DNA from: Lama glama
Lineage: Eukaryota
Length of the DNA stretch: 64,000 nucleotides
Reading direction: 5' to 3'
Assembly: GCA_028534125.1 (NCBI GenBank)
Contig: CM052817.1
Coordinates: forward strand, 86,678,001-86,742,000
Shown: positions 26,218 to 37,115 of the stretch, piece after piece
How positions within the stretch are numbered: the first letter of the stretch is position 1
Layout: every line of letters begins with the position of its first letter
Position numbers and translations under genes: made by a program
The notes under the pieces: model-generated
What the model saw: the letters and a program-made list of their open reading frames with translations, nothing else
Databases searched by the model: none
What the model was told of the DNA's origin: nothing

Positions 26218-27360
26218 CTATGAAATACCCATAGCAATGAGAAAGAGATTATAATTATTTTTGTTGTTGGAAAAACACTTCCCCCTAGTTTTTCCGTGGC
26301 ATCTTCATCAAACCGTCGATACACTATTCATTTTTCTGTTTCTGTTGTTGGTCAGGAACAGTTTAGACTGATACTGGGATTACTTAAGGGACAGGGACGC
26401 ATTTCAAGTGGCATTAAAACTTGATTATCTTTCAAAGGAACTTAAAAGTATGCTTTATGAATTATTTAAATGTAATTTCAGTTTTAAATTAGATGTTGTG
26501 ATTACTATAATATTTTCATGAGTGACCACAAAAAATCATATCAAAATAAATTAAAACTAGATAAACAGAAACTACATTATGTTTAGAAGCAAACCCTTGG
26601 GGTTTGGTTTTCACTGTTGCTGTTGCTGTTTTTGTACCATCAGCTTGTTCCAAGCTTCAGTTTAAATGAAAATCACAATGAATATGCCTTTTACCCTTTT
26701 CCTGGGTGTCAAGATCTTAAATCTGTTACTTTTTCATGATAATTCTAAGTTTGCTCCAAAAGAAAGGGGATGGCTGGAGTAATGTGTATGCTTCTTAAAA
26801 TTTGTCTTGATGGAACAAGATCAAACAAACAGTAATGAGGCAATGTCTATTTTATACTTCAACTATATTTTTAAAAACTTACTAATGGTTAGTTTATTTA
26901 ATGAATGTGTGACTATTTGAATTTACTCTATGTTAAATATAAGTTATGAATTATATCCCTCTTTGTAGTTTTAAACAAAATGTTACATACATTTCAGTAA
27001 TGAAACAATGATACACATATTGATTCATGCATTGACTTTTTCCAGAACAACTTCTGCTATCATTGATACAGCTTGACTTGTAAAACTAAGCATCATTTGA
27101 ATTCAACTGCAAACTGCCTTACATTGTCTTCCTACTTTAATTCTTTTGAAATAAAATGAACTGTTCCCACAAAGCATTCAACTAAACATTCAAATAATGT
27201 GTAAACTTGTTTCAAAAAAGCTGAATTTTTTTGTTATAAGATTAATCAAAATCCATTTTGAGTTACTAAAAACATTACACTGAGTTACATTCGGTGGGCT
27301 TTAAAAAAAATCTGGTGACTCCACTGAGTTTAGTTTTTTTTTCATACTTTCATTCTTTAC

Positions 27361-27421
27361 CTCAGACTATTCAGAGGTCAACACAGGATGATGCAGAGAT
27401 TTTCAAGTTATGACGCTCACA
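27361..27421 (-). other. Candidate non-coding (5'UTR or poison) exon, 61 nt
   Basis: Acceptor ttctcctatcccccactag|, donor GAG|gtaaag. Stops in all three frames. Confidence 0.25.
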
Positions 27422-29111
27422 CTAGTGGGGGATAGGAGAATTTCAGACTAGCATGCTGGTACAGTTTTGTGGCAATAACTTCCAGGTCCTTAACTTCCAT
27501 ATAGACTTTTCCCTAAAACTGACTTTCCTGAAACTGCACCTGCAGACAAAGTTCATCTCCAACCATTCCTCTCATTCCAAGGCCTTCTCCCTCTGCTACC
27601 CTTTCCAGCTTTATAAGGAAGACATATTCTCTGGAATGTTTCCATGGTGAATGTGGGGTGCAAAAATGCTGGGGTGCTAAACAAAGAACAATTTAAAATA
27701 TATATAGTCGTGACGCTTCCTTTAACTACCACGAAGGTATGTCTTTCTCTCTTTTATAGGTACCGCTATTGAGGGTATCAAAACAGCGTATTTTTTCCTT
27801 GTAGGGATATTATATTGCAAAATGTGGTGAGATTGATGACAGATTTTATTTCATGACCTCACCTCTTGTATTCCCTAATGATCACTGCTGAGGAGATTTC
27901 CATGACAGAAGAGAAGAGAACAAAGTGAAACACTGAGGATGGTGACATCTTATTACATGCAGGTAACAAATGTGTGGCAAGGTCTGAACTTTGCTTATTT
28001 TATCTTAGAATTAGAACTCAGAAACCAGATAGTTTTCATGGAAATGGTCATTAGCATGTTTTCTGAATTGAAAAATGAAGGCAGACATTTTTGGATAGAA
28101 AGTCTGATTTGGTTGATTCGTTTGACACTGAATTCTGGCTTTGGCAATTAGGTTACATGGCACACATTTTCTCTCAAATTGCACCAGTTAAATCTCACTT
28201 CTAAACTTTTGAGGAAAATACATTTAAATACATTGGCAAAAGTGTTTTCAAATCTCAAATATTATAAACTACCAGTCTTATAGCATCACGATGCTTTAAT
28301 GTAATAATGAAATTTTCTTAAACAGGAGCACATATATAAATGGCCTTTCTGAAATGTATTCACATGTAATTTTTAAACTTAAAATTAATAGTAAGGTAAA
28401 TGTTATTCCTATCGCCTTGCTTTTCATGTGTTTAATGTATCTTTTGAACTGATACCCTGTGACAGTCAACAAGCTGGCTATCTTAATGAGCACTTGTGTG
28501 CTTACAGCTCTGAGATGTGACTTAAAGAGTCTAAAGATTTTTAAGATCAAAATACTTCCCTGAATATCACAATAAATTAAAATTCAATATTAAAACTGTC
28601 TTGTTGAATTTGTAAGAAATTGTTTACAAACAACATTTCCATAATTTCATTTAGCCTTATAATATTCGATAGCTAAGTAAAAATTAAAGGGCAATGTATG
28701 ACTGTATTCTAAAAACATCTTTTTTTATAGACCTTCCTGGTGATAGCAGTCACCACAACTACATTTTCTTCTGAAATAAAATACATGTAAAAAGGCTTCA
28801 CTTTGTCAAGAATGTAAAGTAATATATGAGAGGTAGGAAAAAAATAAAACTATAAAACCTCAATACCATGTAAAAACTTCTACAATTAAAATCCACCTAT
28901 TTATAAGCAACATTTACTTCAAATTCTGAGTCCGTACTATTACTGTCCTCATTTTACAAAAAAACTATAATTTTATTAGCAAAAGATATTTCCTTGCACT
29001 CTCAAAACCTGCTCACTCCCTCATTATCCTAATTTGCTTCATATTTCGAGTGGTACTTCTACTAACCTAATTATATGTACATGTATCCCTGAATCAGGTA
29101 AACACATTCAC

Positions 29112-29161
29112 CGTAATTCACGCGAGAGACAGTATGGAGATAAACCGTCTTCCTGAAAGCC
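29112..29161 (-). CDS. Candidate exon, 50 nt, phase 2->1: (W)AFRKTVYLHTVSRVNY, or the 3' end of a first non-coding exon
   Basis: Acceptor tttgctctcatcatattccag|, donor ACG|gtgaat, four CpGs. Its phase-1 end joins exon 26217 in frame. Confidence 0.45.
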
Positions 29162-29329
29162 CTGGAATATGATGAGAGCAAATCATAAACTTGTCCTCAA
29201 TCCTGCAGGCCAACCAGATGAGACGTGGAGAGAGACAAGAACATTCATCAAACAAAGCCGTCCTTCCACCCTCTTGGATGTGTGTGGCCCTCCCCCCGCC
29301 CCCACATGAGTAACCGGAGAGAAGGGTGG

Positions 29330-29570
29330 GAGGTTAAGTAGTGGTTAAGAAAGTAACTGCAAAATCATAGGGCCTGGAATATTAATCCTGGGACTTTACA
29401 TACTAGCTGTATGGCCTTGAGCGTAGAATTAAGTATTCTAAGCTCCAGTCTCCCTGCTGGTATTGTAATAGCATTTGTAATAGCATTGTTTTGAGAGTTA
29501 AGTGAAGTAATCCATTGAAAGCAGTTAGCTCAGTGACTGCAATGTAAAAGCACAGCCAAACTGGGAGCTA
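29330..29570. mobile_element. MIR
   Basis: gtggttaagaaag...tactagctgtatggccttgagc...tgagagttaagtgaagtaatcc. Confidence 0.7.
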
Positions 29571-29846
29571 TTGACTCGTTTTCAACTGAGGATATTTTAG
29601 GTTCATTTTCCTTCTTGATTTCAATTTTGGGGGAGTTTTATTATTAATTAGCATGTGTCTCCAATACCTAAATCACCGGCCATTCTATTTAGTTCTCATT
29701 TTTAGCAAAAAGAAACGCTCTCTTACGGGTGGTAGTTGAAACTTCTGGCTTGTTTTGGGTATTTCCTGTGACTTTTTAATGGTGTGACATCTATAGCCAA
29801 TTATTGTGATTGGCTAGTCAAAGAACACTCGAATTAGCAATTTTAC

Positions 29847-29896
29847 CAAATCATCACTACTTTTAAATTAGTGCAGAAGACAAAAAGAAAAAATAG
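29847..29896 (-). CDS. Candidate exon, 50 nt, phase 0->2: LFFLFVFCTNLKVVMI (hydrophobic)
   Basis: Acceptor cattttcaattctaacatag|, donor TTG|gtaaaa, in frame with both neighbours. It is T-rich and could instead be intronic pyrimidine tract. Confidence 0.3.
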
Positions 29897-30229
29897 CTAT
29901 GTTAGAATTGAAAATGTTTTCTTTCATCCTCTAATTAGAAACGCACGTAGATCGGCTGCTGTTTATCAAGTCAGCCGTCACACCTGTCTACCTCATATTT
30001 TAAGTCCCATTTTTTTGTAGACTGATGTTGGCTGTAAATGCAATTATCTCTCATTATAAGGCTTTGTAGTTAGTGTTTTATGTTTTTTGAAAGCTGTGTT
30101 ATACGCTACATGGTTTATTCGGCAAGAGTTGCATTTTGTATTCTTAGAATGATCAGGATTGTATTCTTAGTCATCGAGAATATAGTATAAATGTTTAAGT
30201 CTTTAATTAATGCTTTAGTACTTACTCAC

Positions 30230-30256
30230 CAATGAAAAATATAATACTCCTCTCAT
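30230..30256 (-). CDS. Candidate first coding segment MRGVLYFSL
   Basis: ATG with a purine at -3 and a very strong donor TTG|gtgagt (phase 0). An upstream tttattag could make this a 29-nt internal exon. Confidence 0.3.
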
Positions 30257-30694
30257 TACTAATAAATTACATATATAGAAATATATATAAAAGAGTTAAC
30301 TATATTTCCTTCAAATTAACATTCAAGCATGTAATACATGCTGTTCATTTGCTAAATCCTCTCACAGATTACCTGTTTAATCATACTCTACATAACCTTA
30401 ATAAATGCACTTTTTTGATAAAAAGTTATTCTCTTGAAACAAAGCACACAAATCAAAGAATGTCTTTTTCTTGCTCAGATAATTCAATATCCTGTTTCTC
30501 TTACATTCTTATTCTCTCTTAATCTATAAAGGTACATAAAATACTAATGATGTCACTTCTGCTCATACAATTTGGATGATTTTAAATTAAATTGATTTTC
30601 AACTTATAAACAAATACCTACTTCAGAGAAATTATTAATGTACACATTCTTTAGACTTTCTTTCAAATTAGCTTATTTTTCATTTTTTTTTTTT

Positions 30695-31194
30695 NNNNNN
30701 NNNNNNNNNNNNNNNNNNNNNNNNNNNNNNNNNNNNNNNNNNNNNNNNNNNNNNNNNNNNNNNNNNNNNNNNNNNNNNNNNNNNNNNNNNNNNNNNNNNN
30801 NNNNNNNNNNNNNNNNNNNNNNNNNNNNNNNNNNNNNNNNNNNNNNNNNNNNNNNNNNNNNNNNNNNNNNNNNNNNNNNNNNNNNNNNNNNNNNNNNNNN
30901 NNNNNNNNNNNNNNNNNNNNNNNNNNNNNNNNNNNNNNNNNNNNNNNNNNNNNNNNNNNNNNNNNNNNNNNNNNNNNNNNNNNNNNNNNNNNNNNNNNNN
31001 NNNNNNNNNNNNNNNNNNNNNNNNNNNNNNNNNNNNNNNNNNNNNNNNNNNNNNNNNNNNNNNNNNNNNNNNNNNNNNNNNNNNNNNNNNNNNNNNNNNN
31101 NNNNNNNNNNNNNNNNNNNNNNNNNNNNNNNNNNNNNNNNNNNNNNNNNNNNNNNNNNNNNNNNNNNNNNNNNNNNNNNNNNNNNNNNNNNNNN
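30695..31194. other. Assembly gap (500 N)
   Basis: Run of N. Confidence 1.
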
Positions 31195-31231
31195 AATTAG
31201 GTTAGTAGAGTTCCTACAATGTATTTGTAAC

Positions 31232-31611
31232 TGTCTCAGTCTGATCAGGCTGCTATAACAAAATGCCATAAACTGGGTGGCTTAAACAACAGACATTTAT
31301 GAACGTAGAAATGCATGAAGGCTGGGAAGCCTAAGGTCAAAGTGCTATAAGTCTAAGGTCAGTTTCCTTCTGGTGAGAGCCCTCTTCCTGGTCTGTGTTT
31401 TGTTCCCTTCTCTCTGTGTCCTCAAGTGGCAGAGAGAGAGTGGTCTCTCTCTTCCTCTTTTTAAAGCCACTAATCCCATTGTGAGGGCTCCACCTTATGA
31501 CCTCATCTAATCTTAATTACCTCCCAGTGGCTCCACCTCCAGATACAGCCACTTTGGAGGTTAGGGCTTCATCGTGTGAATTATCAAGAGTACACAGTTC
31601 AATGTATAGCA
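31232..31611. mobile_element. MLT1A-like solo LTR (ERVL-MaLR)
   Basis: tgtctcagtctgatcaggctgctataacaaaatgccataaactgggtggcttaaacaacagacattt...cacagttcaatgtatagca. Confidence 0.85.
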
Positions 31612-32545
31612 ATAATCTCTGGTGTCCTAACCACAGACCCAACTCCCATGCTTGGTATAAGTGGAGTCATGATTACCATTATAATTGGCTTGTATCTGTT
31701 CTGCTATAACCCAATCATCCTTATACAATTTATGCTGCAGAATTGTACCCAAATCCACTAACAGTATCTTTGTGGCCAAGCTTTTACTGTTAGAATATTT
31801 ATGGTAAGACCTGGGGTGCTGCCTTTCAAATTCTAGTGAGTGTTTCTACATCTTTCTCTTCCTCTGCCGCCGATATTACAATTCCACTAACTGTTCCAGG
31901 CAGCAGAGTATAGTTTACTAATGATTTTCTTTCCTACATACTGCTAATCTGCCTGAACTTTCTCCTTTTCTCTTAAATTCAGGCATTTCCTAGATGGCTG
32001 CTCTGCTTCAGGGAACTGTCTTGGATCTAATCGCAATCATCCTTGGTCTTGATTTGCTTTGCTATGAAGTATGTTCTGAATGTTAACATATTATTTGCTT
32101 AATATTCTTGATGTAAAAAGTCCTATATCATTAATAGACTTTGACTCAGAATAATCATTGCTATTATAAGCCACAAGTACCAGTAGGAAATATTGATTCC
32201 CACTTTGTGGCGACATCGTGATTCTACAGGCACAGTTATTCTGAGATGGAAAATGGTTTGGTTGAATTTATTGACTCAGAATACCATAGCTAGGTTAAAA
32301 TCTGCATATGAAGCTAAGGCCAAAAATTGATTCTTCCAATCATTAGCTAATCTATGCAATGGCTACTACAACTTCTTGTCCTTAATATCCATCTTCCATG
32401 AATATATCTATAACTATTGCTATATCTACACATAGAGATAAATATAGATATAGATATATTTCTAAGAGCACACACAAAGTCTAGCAGTTTATTTCTTCTT
32501 TTCGTCCTCTTTGTGTAAATTTGATGATGAGGTCTAACTGCTCTG

Positions 32546-32770
32546 TGGTATATTTTAAAGTTGCTAAAAGTAAATCATAAAATTTCTCATCAGAAGGAAA
32601 AAAGAATTTGTAACTATATGAGGAGATTGATGTTAACTAAACTTACTGTGGTAATCATTTCCCAATGTATCTATGTCAATACGCCAATATACGTATGTAA
32701 ATAATTATGTGGTACACCTTCAACTTATACAGAGTTGTGTATCAATTATATCTCAATAAAACTGAGAAAG
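32546..32770 (+). mobile_element. L1 3' end (L1MA9-like)
   Basis: aagttgctaaaag...gatgttaactaaacttactgtggtaatcattt...caattatatctcaataaaactg. Confidence 0.8.
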
Positions 32771-33789
32771 AAAACTTAGACATGGTAATACCTCACAAAA
32801 AAGTATAGAGCCTTTTCTAATATAGCTATTCTAAACAGTCATAGATAGACAAGCTGTGGATCCATTTTTCAGTTCAGCTACTTTTCTTAGCAGTTGCATT
32901 TTATTTAGACCTTTTTATCAGTTCTTGTAGCAGAAGTCTTTAATGTATCAGTGAGTCATTGTCCAGACTTCATTTTGACCTGCAGTGTTTATCAATATTT
33001 TTGATGTGAGATTACCAAACTACTTAATGTAATGAATCTAAACAAAGAACAGAAAACATTAAAATATACTGCAGGTATGTTCTTCAAAATTAGCTGGTGC
33101 AGGACACAAGTGCTGTAACAGGATTAATTCAGGCCAGTTACTTAACTGTGCTTTACTGTTTGTGAAATTAGAATAATATCCAGCGGAGTTGCTGTGCATA
33201 TTACTATATAGGGTTAGAACTGTTGTAATGAAGAACTCCTATAGAATAAGTTGGACTGTTTTATATATTTTGTGATGCACTCAAGGCCATATCATTATGA
33301 TTAGCTTCAAAGTTGCGAACCTGGCATTTTTTCCAAGCACTAGTATTTACTTCAATATTCTGTAACAATTGAACTGACCAACAATTAATATGGGCCAACA
33401 TCATTTTGTTTATTTTAACCTACCAATAATTTAATCTGATCCCTTGCTTATTAGCCAAATCCCTAAATTGTAGTCTCACTTGATACCACAAGTTTCATTG
33501 CACACTTAAGCCTAACTCATACCACTTAATTGCTCTTCTCCTTACATATCGCAAGATTTCCAGTTTCTCTACTCAACCTTATACCAGGTAACTTTTTCTG
33601 GCTGTTACACATTTTACATCTAGCATTCTTTTGCATCATTTTTCATGTCAAATAAATTTCATGTTCTGCATTTTAAAAACATCTTTTTTTAAAGGACTTG
33701 ATCAGTTAGAATTGTAATTTGAGAGACACTTCAGGGAACCTGAGGTAAACAGTACAGGAATTTAGTTTTAAAAGATATGCATACCTCCC

Positions 33790-34340
33790 AGGCTTCCACC
33801 GTCTGCTCAGGATGTGAAGAGCTGAGAAGGGTTTCAATTCCAAACTGAAACAAATAAACCAACAACAAAAAATTCAGCCAAACAAAAAATGTGCATGGTT
33901 TTTGAACTCAGAAGTTTGTTGCAGCCACAGGCTAACAAACTGATTCATAAAATAAGAAGAGTCAGGGAGGTTTACCTGGGCCACTAGTAACAAACACTCA
34001 GACGGATTCTGCTTGGATGAATGGTGGATGGAGAAACCACTTGCAAGTTAAATGACAAGAGAAAGTGAAGCCTCTTTGAGGAGCAGGTCTTTGAAAGAAG
34101 GCATGAAGCAGTACACTGAGCCTGTAAAAATATTAAACTAGAAATCACTAACAAAAAGATATCTGGAAGTGCTCCAAATATTTGAAAATTAAGCACACTT
34201 TTAAGAAATATGTGGGTCAAAAAGTTAGCCTCAAAAATTAATAAAAATATTGACCAGAACAAATATAAATTCAACATATAAACATTTATGGGATGCAGCT
34301 AGAGCAGTAGTTACAGGGAAATGCATAGAATTATAAATTA
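33790..34340 (+). mobile_element. Old L1 fragments (5' region and ORF2 piece)
   Basis: ttaaactagaaatcactaacaaaaag...tttatgggatgcagctagagcagt. Confidence 0.7.
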
Positions 34341-34440
34341 CAAATACTAGATTCAAATTGTGTATTTGTTTCTCACAGCAGTTTAGTTTAGCAATTTTAA
34401 AACTACTTTACATGTGTCAAATTAATTAAATAAAGAAATC

Positions 34441-34726
34441 ATTAGAGTGAGGGGACTCTAATGCCATGGGGGCCTATGTAACCAAACCAAACTCTGAACC
34501 TATAAATTCCTCAAGGTCACCTAATTGAAATCAAAGGACAACCAGTCAAAAACAGCCAACTAAGCTTTAAGCCATAGCTGGTCAATAATTTCCTTATATT
34601 GCTTTATCTTTTCTCTATAAGTTTCCCCTGGAGCTCCTGACCACATTCAGTTTAGCACTACCTGTTTTGAATTGAATTTTGGCTCAATAAAAACTCTTCA
34701 AATTTTTAATATGCCTCAGTTTAACA
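34441..34726 (+). mobile_element. Short ERV1-type solo LTR
   Basis: CCAAT-like elements (accagtcaaaaacagccaac), ctataag, AATAAA at 34686, terminal ...cctcagtttaaca. Confidence 0.55.
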
Positions 34727-35049
34727 CGTGTAATTAGTAAGTAAATACACTGATAACCAGATTTCTCACTCTCAGAAAAAGAAGTTACAAATAAGCAAGG
34801 AAGGAATGCTAAAATGAAATCTGTGCTCCTGAATTGGCGACAGAATAAAACTTTATAATGAAATGAAATGGATGATGAAAATGTTTTTGTGTGTGAAATG
34901 TAATATACAGGTTACGGAAGGATTTTTTTTTTTTAATAGTGTAGATGTACCATCAGAAAACTTAACAATAATATTGAAAACTGTAATTTATATTCACTAA
35001 TTTCAAAGAGCCCAAGAAATCCACGTGATAGACTATGTTTATGAGCCAG

Positions 35050-35350
35050 CTTCTTGTTGAGCTTTCAGTTGGCCAGTTTGGCCGGTTTCAGTTTGGCCAG
35101 TGGAGACACCTAGCAGAAAACTGGAGGGAGTGACAAGGGTAAGTTCAGAGCAGCTTCATCTGGTTCCTGTCTGTAGATTCACATCTAGTTGTATGTATTC
35201 CATGACCGCACGGTACTGCCTCTCTGGGCAAGGCTATCTTTTATGAGTCTCCTTTTGAGTGGCCCAGTTAGCTTTCTCTTCCCCCCTTGGTTTTTGGGCC
35301 TAGGGAATGTTGTTAATGTATCCACAGTCACTATTTCTTGAGTTATTCAC
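35050..35350. mobile_element. ERVL LTR (LTR33-like) remnant
   Basis: gtttggccagtggagacacctagcagaaaactggaggga...tttttgggcctagggaatg. Confidence 0.45.
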
Positions 35351-36459
35351 CACAAAACTAGGAGATGACTGTTAAAGAGGTTTCAGGAAAGCAAATAAAC
35401 AGTACAACTTTGAATGGGGCTGAAGTAATGCTTAAATCTTGGACTAGAAAATTTCTTGGTTCCTGTAATATTAAAAACATTAAGGGATCAAAAAAATCTT
35501 TTAATATTAAGTCTACATGTTTGTAGCATGGGCATAAGGCTGCTGAATAAATGAGAACTATTATAATACAGAAAGAATTGGCAAGTTTTTCAGACGTAAG
35601 GAGAATATTCATTAGCTAAAATGTGTTCTATGATAAAGATAACAGAGGGTATTGAAAGAGTAAAGAATGATAAAATTCTATTTATTGATTGATTATTGTC
35701 TAATGTGATGATCCTGAATAATTTTATATCTCCTACCATGCACTGTCCAGGATGACAAAATTTGATAATAATTTCTATAAGAGTGACAGAAATTTAATGT
35801 GCAAAAGAACAGTATATTATTAGAAATTTCTGCTCAAATCATGCTCATTACCCAACTGCTAAACTGTCTTCATAACTCCCCCTTTGGTGCATTTTATAAA
35901 ATATTGGATTGGAATACAACCTGGTTTTCCTTGTCGGACCCCTTTGTCAGAGAACTTTCTTTAATTCAAAGCTCCAGAAGAATGGGCAGTGACCACATGC
36001 CTCTGTCTCTAACCTTCTGGCCACACTTGGAGTGCTCATTCTCTTGATGTGTAGAAAACCCCTCTGTAAGCAGCAGTTACTACTGCCCTGGCACTAACAG
36101 TTGAAGTAGTTCTAGTAGTTTGCCTCCACTGAATTTTTAATTAGGACTCAAATAGTGTATGTCATTCAGTAACATGATGGAAAGAAACAGGTACATAGAG
36201 TAATTTATGGAGCACTAGAGTGAAAAAAATCTCTGGCATCCGACTTCTGTTTGCCTTAGAGCTTTCCTGGTCCTTGCCGTTCCTCAGACTTGGCCGTTGA
36301 GGTTGCTCCAGATTCCTTGAGAACTTTTGGAATCCTTGCCGTGACCATCCCCCCAAACCCTCCCTAACTGGAGTTAATATAAGCAGCTGTCTGTTTCTAA
36401 CTGTATTAATTATGTACACATTGAATTTGATTTAATTTAATTATAGTTATATTTTAAGT

Positions 36460-37115
36460 ATTTTTTTATCTTATACAATTTTTAAAGATTAATTTCCATT
36501 TACAGTTACTACAAAATAGTGACTGTATTCCCCATGTTGTATAATACATCCTTAAGCCTGTCTTACATCCAGCTGTTTGCACCTCCTACTCTCCTACCCC
36601 TGTGTTGTACCCCCTCCTCCCCACTGGTAGCCACTACTTTATTCCCTATATCTGTTCGTCTGCTTCTTTTTTGTTATATTCACTAGTTTGTTGTATTTTT
36701 AGATTCCACATATAAGTAACATCATACAAGACTTGTCTCTCTCTGTCTGACTTAACTCACTTAGCATAGTGCCCTCCAAGTCCATCCATGTTGCTGCAAA
36801 TGGCAAAATTTCATTCTTTTATATAGCTAAGTAATGTTTCATTTTGTTTGTGCTGTGTGTGTGTCTATGTATATATATGTATATACACACATATACAAAA
36901 TCTTTATCCATTCATCTGTTGATGGGCACTTGGACAGCATCCATATCTTGGCAATTATCAATAATGTCATGAACATTGGGGTGCATGTATCTTTTCCAAT
37001 TCGTATTTTTGGTTTTTTCAGGTATATACTCAGGAGTGGAGTTGCTGGTAGTTCTATTTTAAGTTTTTTGAGAAACCTCCGTACTGTTTTCCATAATGGC
37101 TGCACTGATTTACAT
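36460..37115 (-). mobile_element. 5'-truncated L1 (ORF2 C-terminus and 3'UTR), cetartiodactyl-type
   Basis: Minus ORF 36839-37147 contains SVQPLWKTVRRFLKKLKIELP...DTCTPMF...KCPSTDEWIK. Confidence 0.92.

Larger units (their letters stand above)
29100..30200. promoter_or_regulatory. Weak CpG cluster with GC box and inverted CCAAT pair; candidate promoter region
   Basis: About 8 CpGs in 29110-29320 and 4 in 29940-29980; ccccccgccccc at 29292-29303; tagccaat-N7-attggcta at 29794-29816. Confidence 0.4.

Noticed and set aside
30638..31269. Long ORFs in the ORF track (206 and 198 aa); likewise 57612-58256
   Set aside because: Artefacts of translating through 500-N gaps.
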